The position numbers were made by a program, and so were the translations under genes. This document shows, piece by piece, positions 38,686 through 49,395 of a DNA stretch of 64,000 nt. This stretch comes from Pseudomonadota bacterium (GTDB lineage Bacteria > Bdellovibrionota_C > UBA2361 > OMII01): NCBI GenBank assembly GCA_038134595.1, contig JAYPVM010000002.1, positions 228,119 through 292,118 of the forward strand, read 5' to 3'. Position 1 is the first letter of the stretch. Every line of letters starts with the position of its first letter. The notes under the pieces were generated by a model. That model saw only the letters and a list, made by a program, of their open reading frames with translations. It was not told the origin of the DNA and searched no databases.

Positions 38686-39358
38686 CTGGTATCGAACGCT
38701 TCCAAATTGTTTAACCTTTTTAAGACTGGTTTTAATACCGGTTTTTGTGTTTTTTTTGGTAAACCCGTCTCAGGAGTCTCTTAATACAGCAGCTGCCATC
38801 TTTGTGTGTGCTGCAGTAACAGACTATGCCGACGGCCTACTTGCACGCCGCTACTCGGCGATAACTGATTTCGGTAAGCTGTTTGATCCCCTTGCAGACA
38901 AGATTTTGGTTATGGCAGCACTGGTGATGCTAGTCTCTGTAACAGATGGAAGGTGTCAGCCGATGGTGCCAGGTTGGATGGTTGTTGCTATTTTAGCCAG
39001 GGAGTTTTGGGTTACAGGCCTTCGAGCATTTGCCGCCGCGGCGGGAACCGTAGTAGCTGCCAAGTCGGGAGGGAAGGTGAAGAGCTTCCTCCAGATGGTT
39101 AGTATCTTGGCTATCTTATTAAATGATATGGCAGTGAATATTATGGGTTACTCGGTCTCCATGCGAGTTATAGGGTTAAATCTTCTTCTCTTATCGTTAT
39201 TGTTCTCCTACCTGTCTGCGTTCGATTATTCAATAGCTGTTCTCTCTCCTGAGGGTGGTAAATGGTCTTCCAATTTAAGTAAGTTGTTTGGGTGTGTCGG
39301 GGGGGAGATTGCTGGTAATAGTGATGCGGACGGTCGCGATAATGAGCGTGAGCAATAG
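38672..39358 (+). CDS. pgsA: CDP-diacylglycerol--glycerol-3-phosphate 3-phosphatidyltransferase
   Basis: PNCLTFLR, TDYADGLLARRY..TDFGKLFDPLADK, GKVKSFLQ. Confidence 0.93.
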   Translation: MDMANWYRTLPNCLTFLRLVLIPVFVFFLVNPSQESLNTAAAIFVCAAVTDYADGLLARRYSAITDFGKLFDPLADKILVMAALVMLVSVTDGRCQPMVPGWMVVAILAREFWVTGLRAFAAAAGTVVAAKSGGKVKSFLQMVSILAILLNDMAVNIMGYSVSMRVIGLNLLLLSLLFSYLSAFDYSIAVLSPEGGKWSSNLSKLFGCVGGEIAGNSDADGRDNEREQ

Positions 39359-39763
39359 GGCATTAAGTCATTAATTTTAACAATTTCGAAAACCCTATAA
39401 GCAAATGAGCAATTGCGACGCTCGACGGTTCGTATGAATAGTGTTCAGCGTACCACAACTAATATCTGCCATGGACTGGCTGACCATCTTGGAGTAGCTC
39501 GATTAGATTTATTTTTAAATCGCAGTAGTGCTTTCTTTCTTTAACAGTGTTAAACCTTTATCTCGAAGCTGATTGTCTGTGTTTGATTGGTCCAAAGTGC
39601 TCTGTTTGGAGTAATGACAGGCGGGAAGATGACCAATGTGCACATATAAGCCGCTTATCTGCCTAGTTTGTTTTGTTTTTTTGGTGATAATCGGCAAATG
39701 CTGTAGTAGTCTGTTGTGGTTCGCATAACAATATTTTAACGGTTTAGTTCTATAAGAAGTGGC

Positions 39764-42700
39764 ATGAGAGTTGAGCGTCTAGAAGTATTTGGCTTTAAGT
39801 CTTTTATGGATCGTCTGTGTCTTCCGCTTGAGGGGGGTATAACGGGTGTAGTCGGGCCGAATGGATGTGGAAAATCAAATATTATCGATGCCCTCCGGTG
39901 GGTGCTGGGCGAAACTAGAGCGAGTCAGCTTCGCGGAGGCGTCTTAGAAGACGTTATTTTTAATGGCACAGAGGAGCTTCGGCCTCTGGGTCTTGCAGAG
40001 GTGTCGCTTGTCATTCGAGCCGATAAGGAAGGTCTTCTCGACGAGCTCATAGCCTATTACGAACAGCTCGAGAAGGAAGGTCTTCAGGTTAGTGAGAACG
40101 AGACCGTACACAAAACTCGAGAGGAGGTAAGCCAGACGGAGGGAGGGGACGCTAATGAAGTCTTGGCGGCTAATAATGACAAGCTCCATCAGAGTGAAGA
40201 AGTCCCGGAGGCAAATCAAGAGAAGGATTTTGCCGCCGACGCCGTAAGGGAGCTAGTAGGCGAGGTGGAGTCCCCTGAGAAGAGTTTTTTATCTGACATC
40301 AAGGCTTCTCTGTCCAAATATTCATGGCTTCAATCTGTAAGTGAAGTCCAAGTGACCCGGAGGCTTTACAGAAGCGGGGAATCGGAGTTTTTTATCAACA
40401 AGGTACCTTGTCGGTTAAAGGATCTTAAGGAATTGTTTCGAGTACTAGGTCTCGCCTCTCGAGGGTATACGATTATAGCGCAGGGTGAAATCGGTAGAAT
40501 TATCACCGCCAAGCCCGATGACCGCAGGCAGGTTATTGAAGAAGCTGCCCATATTGCGGGATTTAGAGATCATATCAATGCTGTCGGAAAGCGTCTTGAG
40601 GACACTAGGAACCAGGTGGTTAGGCTTGATGACCTTATCAAAGAGGTCTCCCGACAGGTCGCTAACCTTAAAAGACAGTCAACGCGAGCGATCACGAGGG
40701 CGCAGCTAAAACTAGATTTAAAGGAACTAGAGCGAGAGCTGTTCTGCGACACCTTCGTCCGACTCCAGGCTAAACTAAAAGCTGCCGGAGCCAGAGTGCT
40801 CGAACGAAGTAAAGAGGAGGAGTTGGCGGAGCAGCTACTCGCAGAGATCCAGGGAGAGGAGACGTCGTCTCGCGAAGACGCATCAAAATATGACGCTCAG
40901 ATTGATGAATTGCGACTTGAAGTCGATGAAATTCGGGAAGTTATATCAAGGAGTCAGCGAGAGGTTAGTAAGCGAGAGTCGAGGATAAGAGAGCTCAAAT
41001 CTCTAATCGATTCTCGAAACTCAGAGATAGCGAGATTAGAGGAGCGTAGCAGCACTCTTTCTCTCCGGGTCGTTGAATCATCCAAAGCTCTTGATTCCCT
41101 TCAGAGTGAGGAAGCTCTTCTGCAGGAAGAGATTGCAGGCCTAGAAAATGGCGGAGAGGAGCAGCTCGGTGCTTTAAGTGAAGAGCTGAGATCTCTGCGA
41201 GATCAGCAGTTTTCACAGGATAGGATTGTTCGTGAAATAAGAGACAAGTTGGTCTCCGCTAAAAGCCGAAAGGAGGCCTTACAGGCACAACTGACCGCTG
41301 CCTCACCGGTGACGCAACTAAAGAAGGCTCTCGGAAGCAATGGAGTTGTATCCGATGAGCTTGAGGGGCAGTGCAAGCTGTTGCTTGATGGCATTAGGGT
41401 GCCGGAACGGTACTCTAAGGCTCTACAGTCGGTTCTTGCTGAGCGAACCACGTTTCTTGTCGTCGATAAGATTAGCGATGCAGCACGCTCGTTTCAGAAG
41501 ATGGTGCTTGATGCAGATCCCCATAACAAGAGAGGACTTGGTGTTGGTTTGTTTGCAAAGGAAGCTCCAATGACTGGGAAGGCCTTTCAGGGTACGGTCA
41601 GAGATGGTGTTGCACCACTACTCTCACACTTGGATGTCGAGCCCTGGAGCCAGCGAGTAGTGAGCCGACTTTTGGCGAATGTTTGGGTTGCTGATAGCCT
41701 AGAGAATGCATTTTCTTTTGTGGAGGCCCTGGAGGGGACTGATGCAGACTTAGTGGTGGTTACTGAAGCAGGTGATTTAGTATCCCCATGGAGCTTTTAC
41801 AGCCTAAGACACGACGGTGGTGTCGTGCAAATGAAGAGCGATATTGATCGTGCAGAGAGATTAATTGCAGATTGCGAAGTTCAATATGAACAAGTAGCGG
41901 CAGAACGTGACGGTGTAGTAGCTCAAATTAAAGAGAAGGATGCTCGAATTACGGAGCTCTCCCGCGTCGTGAAGGAAAACCAGCGCGCTATGCGAGAGCT
42001 TTCTAATCGACAGTCAGAGATTAGGGGGCGTATTAAGTCTGAAGCTAGAATGCATGAACAGCTTACGCTAGATGTGGAAAAAATAAGACCCCAGCAAGAG
42101 GAGCTGCGGGGTCAGATAGCCCGAATTCAGGAGGAGATCGAGAATGTTTCGAACGAGCTAGCCGGACTGGAGGATGTCGATGCATCGGCCTCCGAGGCTC
42201 GATTACAGGAGCTTCACGTTTCCCTGAGAGATTTCGAGGAGAAACGACGAAGCCTGCGTGATCAGTTTTCAGCGCTTCTTAGAAACCTAGAGGCTCGAAG
42301 AAGAGAGCGAGATTCTGCACGAGAGGCCCATGTTAAAGAGCGGATGTCGGTTGAACGTATTCGCGGCGAAATCGAGAGTGCCGAGCACAATCTATTAGAA
42401 CGCTTCGGTCCTGATGATGCGCAAACTCTCAGAGAAACGGCGGAGACCGTAGATGAACTTGATGGACAAGCGCGGCGAGAGTTGGAATCAAAAGTATCGT
42501 CCATTAAGACAAGGCTTGAGCGCGAGGGTGAGGTCGACCCATCTGTCATTGAGCAGCACGAAGAGGAGCGAAAGCGGTTAGAGGATCTCGAGTCGCAACG
42601 CGCGGATTTAATCGAAGCAACAACTACGTTGGAATCAACTCTTATTGAGCTAAGCGATGCATGCAATAAACGCTTTGTCGCAACTTTTGACGCTATTAGG

Positions 42701-43138
42701 AGTAATTTCGCACTCTTCGGTCCAAAATTGTTTGGGGGCGGCTCTGCCGAACTACGTCTCGTTGATCCAACTAATCCATTGGAGTCGGGGGTTGAAATTG
42801 TTGTTCGCCCTCCCGGTAAGAAGCCAAAGAGTATCGATTTATTATCAGGGGGTGAGAAGGCGCTGTGTGCAATAGCACTAGTTTTTAGTATGTTTATGGT
42901 TCGACCGAGCCCTATCTGCGTTTTGGATGAGGTCGATGCTCCGCTTGACGAGGCAAACGTCCAGCGCTTTATAGCTTTCATAAAGGAGATGAGTGAAAGG
43001 ACTCAGTTCTTAATGATTACCCACAACAAGGCGTCCATGTCCGCAGCGGATACGTTAGTGGGGGTTACCATGCCTCAGCCAGGGGCATCCAAAATAATAA
43101 CTGTATCGCTCCAAGAGGCGGTGAGGCACGTAGCATAG
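39764..43138 (+). CDS. smc: Chromosome segregation protein SMC
   Basis: GFKSF, GPNGCGKSN, coiled coils, LSGGEK, VLDEVDAPLD, ITHNK. Confidence 0.93.
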   Translation: MRVERLEVFGFKSFMDRLCLPLEGGITGVVGPNGCGKSNIIDALRWVLGETRASQLRGGVLEDVIFNGTEELRPLGLAEVSLVIRADKEGLLDELIAYYEQLEKEGLQVSENETVHKTREEVSQTEGGDANEVLAANNDKLHQSEEVPEANQEKDFAADAVRELVGEVESPEKSFLSDIKASLSKYSWLQSVSEVQVTRRLYRSGESEFFINKVPCRLKDLKELFRVLGLASRGYTIIAQGEIGRIITAKPDDRRQVIEEAAHIAGFRDHINAVGKRLEDTRNQVVRLDDLIKEVSRQVANLKRQSTRAITRAQLKLDLKELERELFCDTFVRLQAKLKAAGARVLERSKEEELAEQLLAEIQGEETSSREDASKYDAQIDELRLEVDEIREVISRSQREVSKRESRIRELKSLIDSRNSEIARLEERSSTLSLRVVESSKALDSLQSEEALLQEEIAGLENGGEEQLGALSEELRSLRDQQFSQDRIVREIRDKLVSAKSRKEALQAQLTAASPVTQLKKALGSNGVVSDELEGQCKLLLDGIRVPERYSKALQSVLAERTTFLVVDKISDAARSFQKMVLDADPHNKRGLGVGLFAKEAPMTGKAFQGTVRDGVAPLLSHLDVEPWSQRVVSRLLANVWVADSLENAFSFVEALEGTDADLVVVTEAGDLVSPWSFYSLRHDGGVVQMKSDIDRAERLIADCEVQYEQVAAERDGVVAQIKEKDARITELSRVVKENQRAMRELSNRQSEIRGRIKSEARMHEQLTLDVEKIRPQQEELRGQIARIQEEIENVSNELAGLEDVDASASEARLQELHVSLRDFEEKRRSLRDQFSALLRNLEARRRERDSAREAHVKERMSVERIRGEIESAEHNLLERFGPDDAQTLRETAETVDELDGQARRELESKVSSIKTRLEREGEVDPSVIEQHEEERKRLEDLESQRADLIEATTTLESTLIELSDACNKRFVATFDAIRSNFALFGPKLFGGGSAELRLVDPTNPLESGVEIVVRPPGKKPKSIDLLSGGEKALCAIALVFSMFMVRPSPICVLDEVDAPLDEANVQRFIAFIKEMSERTQFLMITHNKASMSAADTLVGVTMPQPGASKIITVSLQEAVRHVA

Positions 43139-43149
43139 AGGAAGAAGTA

Positions 43150-44493
43150 ATGGGTAGTGTCCCGATGGACGAGACAGTGGTTGTTCTTGGCAGGTTGTCG
43201 AAGAGCATGGAGGAGTTTTGCAGAGCCAATGCTTTTGAAGCCTCGATGTTGATCATCGTGTTAACTTTTGGTTTCTTGCTGAGCTCCCTTGTTTTTATAA
43301 GGCGTATTAACCGATTAAAAAGAGCCTTAAGAGCAGTTAATGTCGAGCTGCGTGCTCTAAAAGATTCGCAAGACTCGGTTGCAGATGAGATCGCGACTGC
43401 GGAGCCTGTAAGTCTTGAAAATATCGGGAGCGAAGGGCGGGAAGAATCCAGTCATGCTTCGATCTCTGAGCCAGATCTATCGGTATCAACGCAAGCCGCT
43501 TCTAGGGCGGATACAGAGACGGCGCCGCCATCTAGAGGTAATCGGGTCCGGCGGGGATTAGAAAGGACGCGCACCGGCTTTTTATCTCGACTTGGGCGCT
43601 TGTTTGATCAAAAGAGAGTTGTTGATTCCACAATGCTCGACGACCTCGAGGAGGCGCTGATTCTAAGCGATGTGGGACCTCGCTGTGCGTCGGATTTGGT
43701 GGAGGAGGTTTCAGAGAGTTTTGCGAAGGGTGAACCTATCGATCGAGGTGCTTTGGAAGATAGGTTGAAGGAGTGTATATCCAACAGACTGTTGGCACCG
43801 CCCCTCGACTCTTCGGTCTATACCCCTAAAGGTTCATGCAAGGTGTTTCTGGTAGTAGGAGTCAATGGTGTTGGCAAAACAACTACGGTAGCTAAGTTGG
43901 CGTCCAAGTACGTTGCTCAAGGTCGGCGGGTTATGGCAGTTGCAGCGGATACGTTTCGAGCAGCTGCCGTCCAACAACTGGAGGAGTGGGGTAAGCGAGT
44001 AGGTTTCGAGGTTGTAAAAGGCGCGGAGGGTGCCAAACCGGGCGCGGTTGTTTTTGATGCAATGAAGCGCGCTACCGAGGAAGGTTTTGACGTAGTGTTA
44101 ATTGATACGGCTGGACGATTGCACACGAAGTCAAACTTAATGCAAGAGCTTCAAGGAATAAGAAATTCGATAACGAGACATGTGCCGGAAGCCCCACATG
44201 AAACCCTTTTGGTAGTAGACGGTATAAGTGGTCAGAATGCGCTGTCGCAGGCACGTGAATTTAATAGCTCGACTCAATTAACAGGACTTGTGGTCACCAA
44301 ACTCGACGGAACACCGAGGGGTGGAATAATTGTAGCCATCTCTGATGAGGTTTCCATCCCCGTTTATTACATAGGTGTGGGTGAGGCCGCAGAAGATCTT
44401 GTGCAATTCGATGCGACCGAGTTTTCAACTAGTCTCTTTTCTGTCGCTGGGGATTCCGATGTTAGCGGTGTTCGGGATGCGGTAAACTTGTAA
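43150..44493 (+). CDS. ftsY: SRP receptor FtsY with an N-terminal TM segment
   Basis: GVNGVGKTT, DTFRAAA, DTAGR, TKLDG. Confidence 0.95.
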   Translation: MGSVPMDETVVVLGRLSKSMEEFCRANAFEASMLIIVLTFGFLLSSLVFIRRINRLKRALRAVNVELRALKDSQDSVADEIATAEPVSLENIGSEGREESSHASISEPDLSVSTQAASRADTETAPPSRGNRVRRGLERTRTGFLSRLGRLFDQKRVVDSTMLDDLEEALILSDVGPRCASDLVEEVSESFAKGEPIDRGALEDRLKECISNRLLAPPLDSSVYTPKGSCKVFLVVGVNGVGKTTTVAKLASKYVAQGRRVMAVAADTFRAAAVQQLEEWGKRVGFEVVKGAEGAKPGAVVFDAMKRATEEGFDVVLIDTAGRLHTKSNLMQELQGIRNSITRHVPEAPHETLLVVDGISGQNALSQAREFNSSTQLTGLVVTKLDGTPRGGIIVAISDEVSIPVYYIGVGEAAEDLVQFDATEFSTSLFSVAGDSDVSGVRDAVNL

Positions 44494-44504
44494 AGGGAGT
44501 TTCG

Positions 44505-45626
44505 ATGGAACAAGCTCGCGGTGTATCATTGGATGCCCTACATCAGTTTTCAATTCCAGGAGAGCTTGTTCATATCGAAGAGCTTAAAAGGGGACATATC
44601 AATCGAACGTTTGTAGGTACGTGGTCTCATAATGGTGTCTGCACCCGATTCGTTCATCAGGTGGTAAATCATAGAGTGTTTCGCGACATTGAAGGGCTAA
44701 TGGGAAACCTTGAGCTGGTTACTAAGGCTGTAAGGGACGGTTGCGCCCGCTATCCAACCGGTTCTAACGACGTAACACTATCCATAGTTTCAACGCGCTC
44801 GGGAGGGAGTTTCGTTCAAGATGATTTCGGAGAGTACTGGAGAACGAGTCCGTTTATAGAAAATACGATGAGCTTTGATGTCTGTCCTGGCTTCGATGTG
44901 GCGCGGGAATCGGGCGCCATTCTCGGACGCTTTCAAAGAAACTTGCTCTCGGTTGATCCGGCCGGACTTTCAGAAACTATTCCTTTTTTTATGGATAGTC
45001 GACGACGTTTCGGAGCACTGAAGCAGGCCATAGAATCCGATACAGAATCAAGGGTAGTGTTGTGCGGACCAGAGATTGAATTTGCCTTAATGCTCGAAGA
45101 AGAGGGTCGGTCCTTAAACGATGGCGTTGAATCCGGCCGTTTTCCCTTGCGGGTTTCCCATAACGACATGAAGTTAAATAACGTTCTCTTCGATGCGGAT
45201 AGCTCCAAGGCTGTCTGTCTTCTCGATCTGGATACGTGCATGGCTGGAACGGTTTTGTATGATTTTGGCGATTTAGTCAGGAATACCGCCGTTCCTTGCG
45301 CAGAGGATGAGCGGGATTTGTCGAAGATTCGTGTTGATCCTGACTTGTATGCCGCAATTTATCAAGGGTACGTGAAAGAAGTGGGAAGCTTTTTATCGTC
45401 CGTTGAAAGAGAGTTTCTTCCGGTTGCACCACGGGTCTTGGCGCTCACGTTAGGGGTTCGTTTTCTATCTGATTTTCTTTCTGGGGACACATACTTTCGT
45501 ATTCATAGACAAGATCATAACCTAGACCGAGCACGGGCCCAGTTTCAAATTGTTCGCGCACTGCTTGACGTAGAGTCAACGCTACGTGCTAGGACAGAAG
45601 ATATTACCACCCCTAATAGTGACTAA
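44505..45626 (+). CDS. APH-like phosphotransferase (N-acetylhexosamine 1-kinase family)
   Basis: GHINRT, HNDMKLNN, LDLDT, YDFGD, RFLSDFLSGDTYF. Confidence 0.85.
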   Translation: MEQARGVSLDALHQFSIPGELVHIEELKRGHINRTFVGTWSHNGVCTRFVHQVVNHRVFRDIEGLMGNLELVTKAVRDGCARYPTGSNDVTLSIVSTRSGGSFVQDDFGEYWRTSPFIENTMSFDVCPGFDVARESGAILGRFQRNLLSVDPAGLSETIPFFMDSRRRFGALKQAIESDTESRVVLCGPEIEFALMLEEEGRSLNDGVESGRFPLRVSHNDMKLNNVLFDADSSKAVCLLDLDTCMAGTVLYDFGDLVRNTAVPCAEDERDLSKIRVDPDLYAAIYQGYVKEVGSFLSSVEREFLPVAPRVLALTLGVRFLSDFLSGDTYFRIHRQDHNLDRARAQFQIVRALLDVESTLRARTEDITTPNSD

Positions 45627-46222
45627 TTGCCCGATTGTTTCCCTTTCTTGTATTGATAGAGTACTACTGCGGCAGTTGCTAGCCCTAGAAGGAGCAGTAG
45701 AAGCTTAATCCTGTCCAAAAAGGACAGAATATCTGTATAGTTATTTGCAAATGCAAAGCCTATTCCCATCATGACGGGAGTCGTTATTAGAGCGGCAAAA
45801 GCATCGATGATCAAGAACCGCATAAATGAGATTCGAACTGCGCCGCACATAAGAAACGTAGCAGTTCGAATGTAAAACAGGTGTCTCGCGATTAGAATCG
45901 TAAAGACAGTCTTGCTATGCAAATTTGAGCGTATGAGTTGTAGGCGATCAGTGGAAATGTGCTTGCGAAACCACTTCTTGCGGAACAGTGACGGTCCCGC
46001 AATCCAGCCGATTCGATAAATAATGAGGTCCCCGGTAAGAATACCAACATAGCAGACCAGCCCCATCAGCACTGTGTGAACCTGTGATAAGCTAGATAGG
46101 ATGCCCGCCGCAATGAGCGTAAGGTCTTCAGGTGCGGGAATACCTACCGCACCAGCTAGTAGTAAAGAGAAAACGAGGATATAGGCGAAGACACCGTGTG
46201 AGGCCAATATAAAATCTAACAT
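45623..46222 (-). CDS. DedA family membrane protein
   Basis: GIPAPEDLTLIAAG, GDLIIYRIG, ARHL. Confidence 0.88.
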   Translation of the reverse strand: MLDFILASHGVFAYILVFSLLLAGAVGIPAPEDLTLIAAGILSSLSQVHTVLMGLVCYVGILTGDLIIYRIGWIAGPSLFRKKWFRKHISTDRLQLIRSNLHSKTVFTILIARHLFYIRTATFLMCGAVRISFMRFLIIDAFAALITTPVMMGIGFAFANNYTDILSFLDRIKLLLLLLGLATAAVVLYQYKKGKQSGN

Positions 46223-46269
46223 CTGGGAGAGTATACCCTATATCTACCCTCTGCGTAAAATGAAGAGAG

Positions 46270-47868
46270 TTAGGGGATATCAGGTGTATATCCCTTTCTC
46301 ATAGTGTTTTCGCTAACGGTTCTTGGTTCCATAAACTGCAATAAATAGTCCGGCCCTCCGGCTTTTGAACCAACTCCCGAAAACTTAAACCCACCAAAGG
46401 GCTGCCGCTGAACGAGCGCGCCAGTAATCGACCGATTGATGTATAGGTTGCCCACCTGAAAAGACTCTTTGGCTTGTTGTATATGAGCAGGGCTCCTTGA
46501 GAAGAGTCCGCCGGTGAGCCCGTACTCTGAATCGTTTGCGATTTTCAGCGCTTCTTCGAAGGATGGAACGTTCATACAGGCTAGTACCGGTCCGAATATT
46601 TCAGTAGTCCATAGGGGGCTTTTTGGATCCACATCTCTGAATATCGTCGGCGGAACATACCAGCCAGCTCCAACGAGATTCTCGGAGATCTTCCCCTGGC
46701 ATAAGAGCGACGCATCATCTTGGGTTTTAATCAGGTTCATAATTCGATCGTAGCTCTCTTTGTCAACAACAGGACCCATAAAGCTTGCGCCATTCGATGC
46801 AGGGCCAATTATAAGATCGTGGGTTGCGTTCGAGAGGCGCTCAAGCAATTCATTGTAGCGGGAGCCGACGACTATAAGTCGCGAACACGCAGAACACTTC
46901 TGACCGGAGTACCCGAACGCTGACGAGATGATGCCACGTAATGCATCATCCATATCTGCATCGTCATCCACAATAATGGCATTTTTGCCCCCGAGCTCTG
47001 CTACCACTTTCTTAATGGCACGCTGTCCTGGAGAGATGTGCGCCGATTTCGCTATAATCTCACAGCCCACTTCTCGTGAGCCAGTAAAGACTATCATGTT
47101 AGTCTCAGGTGCTCGGATGAGAAAATCACCGACAATCTCACCACGACCTGGTAGAAACGAGAAGGCATTTTCGGGCACACCAGCTTCGAGAATCACTTTG
47201 GCTAACTCGTAGCCCACGATACTGGTCTGTTCGGAAGGTTTGAGGACAACCGTATTTCCGGTTACGAGTCCCGCAACGGTCATGCCGCAGGCAATTGCCA
47301 AAGGAAAGTTCCAGGGAGAAATGACGGCTACCACTCCCCGCGGCTGATAAAAGTAGGTATTTTCCTCTCCTAGAATTTCTTGTGTTTTTTTAATTTTTCC
47401 AAGGCGGAGCATCTCCTCGGCGTAATAAATACAGAAGTCAATCGCTTCTGCTACGTCGGCATCGGCTTCGCGGAAGGGCTTTCCGGCTTCTAGGATCAGA
47501 AGGGAAGTAAAGAAGGCATGCCGCTCCTTTAGCAGCTCTCCGACTCGTTGGATAATCCGAGCTCTGGACGCAACGGGCTCTACGCGCCATGTAGCTAGCC
47601 CCTTCTGAGCTGCGTTAAGAGCAAGCTGTGCATGCTCAGTGGTGGCAAACGTACTGGTGCCGATAAGTTGAGAGTGCTCACTGGGATTATACCGAAGATA
47701 TTTATCCTGGGATTCATATTCCTTGCCGCCGATTATTGGTGCTGCGTGGAGACCATTCTGACCGTTAATTCTCGACAGTAGTGCCTGAATCTCTGTTTGA
47801 AGAAGTTGTCGGTTGTCGTCCAACGAAAAATCGGTAAGCGGAAAGTTTCTAAAGGCTTCGATGGTCAT
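46270..47868 (-). CDS. pruA: L-glutamate gamma-semialdehyde (P5C) dehydrogenase
   Basis: SPWNFP, FTGS, ELGGKN, GQKCSACSR, EIFGP, QPFGG; own SD AAGGAG. Confidence 0.92.
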   Translation of the reverse strand: MTIEAFRNFPLTDFSLDDNRQLLQTEIQALLSRINGQNGLHAAPIIGGKEYESQDKYLRYNPSEHSQLIGTSTFATTEHAQLALNAAQKGLATWRVEPVASRARIIQRVGELLKERHAFFTSLLILEAGKPFREADADVAEAIDFCIYYAEEMLRLGKIKKTQEILGEENTYFYQPRGVVAVISPWNFPLAIACGMTVAGLVTGNTVVLKPSEQTSIVGYELAKVILEAGVPENAFSFLPGRGEIVGDFLIRAPETNMIVFTGSREVGCEIIAKSAHISPGQRAIKKVVAELGGKNAIIVDDDADMDDALRGIISSAFGYSGQKCSACSRLIVVGSRYNELLERLSNATHDLIIGPASNGASFMGPVVDKESYDRIMNLIKTQDDASLLCQGKISENLVGAGWYVPPTIFRDVDPKSPLWTTEIFGPVLACMNVPSFEEALKIANDSEYGLTGGLFSRSPAHIQQAKESFQVGNLYINRSITGALVQRQPFGGFKFSGVGSKAGGPDYLLQFMEPRTVSENTMRKGYTPDIP

Positions 47869-47878
47869 CTTTATCTCC

Positions 47879-49282
47879 TTAATAGTGGCATGACAGTGTT
47901 AGCTGGGGATTGGATTGTTCGTAAAAGCGAGTGGATTTCTCTTGGCTAGGAATCGATTCGGGCCGCATTAAAAGCTTTTCAATAGCTGTCGGCTCGAAGA
48001 ATGTGTGCCGAAGAAAGGATTCGTTGGATGAGTTCTCAAGGAGTCTCCGCACTAGATATCCCATGCCGGGAATGAGTTTTCCAATCGGAGCGTAAAACCT
48101 CGTATGATATCCACGATTGGTGAACGTACTCGCAATTGCATCCGCCATACCGTAAAGTACCTGCAGCTCAAACTCATCTTTTCCAATGTTATTTCGTTGG
48201 GCATAACAACACGCATGGGTAAGAGAGCGGATGTTATGAGATGCAAATGCGGGCCTGCACAGAGCGGTGTTATCTAGAAGGAGTTTTGATAAATCTTCAA
48301 AATTTGCGTCGGAGTGGGCCTTTCGAGTAAAGAGCGGGGTCGACCAATTGTTTTGGCTTGCGATGACTTGCTCCGAATCCCAATACGCGCCCTTTACGAG
48401 GCGAACAGCAATCGGTGTTCCGCGCTTTGCTGCGAATCGAAGGAGATCGTTTGTGATATCACGCGCATCTTGAGAATAGGCTTGTATTACAATCCCGGGG
48501 TAAATTACGGACTTTAATTCACCGCTCCCGTATACCCGCTTAAATGTTTCATACACAATGGGATTGTATTTTGAGTCCTCTGCGTCGACATAAAGGGTTC
48601 CTCTTACTTCCTCGACCGCCCGAGCAATTTGAGTGAGCCTCTCGGCTAAAATATTCACACTGGCTTCGAAATTTAACGGGTCAATTTGCGAATAGAGAGC
48701 GCTTAGTTTCACCGAGATACATACACTCGACCTGTCTTTTAGGTTACGGCTCGAATCGTCTCGGAGGTGCTTAGAAAGCGTGTGAATCAACTCAAGGTAG
48801 CGATTGAGGTATACAACGGCTTCATATTCGCTTAGGCTGTACTCTCCCAACAGGTCCACCGTAAACGATTGACCATGGCCTAGAAGTCGCTTTAATTGGG
48901 GAATCGCCTCTCTGGGAGTTTCTCCGACTATAAATACTCTCGCCATCTCAGCGACACTACGTCGAACAATGGCGCATGTGATTTTTCGTAGTGGCTTGGT
49001 GTTTCCTAGCCGCAACAACCATTCTAGGGCAGGGTGGTTTTGTGCTAATGGCTCGGACAGATACTCGCTGAGATGTCTGAGAATTAAGTCGTCAGTGTCT
49101 AACGTTGGCAGAACGTCTACTAGGCGAAATAAACTGGCCCGAAGCTGCGGCACATCTATGGTTAGTTTCGTAAAGAGCGCGTTCCAATAGCCTCTCTCTA
49201 GCGGGCTATTGATATAGCTGGAAAGATCACTAAAAATCACCTTTCCAAGCGCACATATTTCTTGCTCTAGGGTTTTATTCAT
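47879..49282 (-). CDS. Proline dehydrogenase (PutA-type N-terminal half)
   Basis: DLLGE, SVKLSAL, RLVKGAYWD, ASHN, QVLYGM, YLVRRLLENSSNESF. Confidence 0.92.
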   Translation of the reverse strand: MNKTLEQEICALGKVIFSDLSSYINSPLERGYWNALFTKLTIDVPQLRASLFRLVDVLPTLDTDDLILRHLSEYLSEPLAQNHPALEWLLRLGNTKPLRKITCAIVRRSVAEMARVFIVGETPREAIPQLKRLLGHGQSFTVDLLGEYSLSEYEAVVYLNRYLELIHTLSKHLRDDSSRNLKDRSSVCISVKLSALYSQIDPLNFEASVNILAERLTQIARAVEEVRGTLYVDAEDSKYNPIVYETFKRVYGSGELKSVIYPGIVIQAYSQDARDITNDLLRFAAKRGTPIAVRLVKGAYWDSEQVIASQNNWSTPLFTRKAHSDANFEDLSKLLLDNTALCRPAFASHNIRSLTHACCYAQRNNIGKDEFELQVLYGMADAIASTFTNRGYHTRFYAPIGKLIPGMGYLVRRLLENSSNESFLRHTFFEPTAIEKLLMRPESIPSQEKSTRFYEQSNPQLTLSCHY

Positions 49283-49395
49283 CGGATGTTACAAGCCAGC
49301 TAACACGTCCTTAATCATTATAATCGCACAAAATGCGTTGACCAAGGGTAATTCTAAGCAGGCAAGGACATAAACCGGCATTCTACTAGTAAGGA

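Noticed and set aside
39359..39763. tRNA cluster or ncRNA after pgsA
   Set aside because: No cloverleaf or convincing long stem seen
40016..40342. Intein in SMC
   Set aside because: No Cys/Ser start or His-Asn end; the insert is acidic and low-complexity
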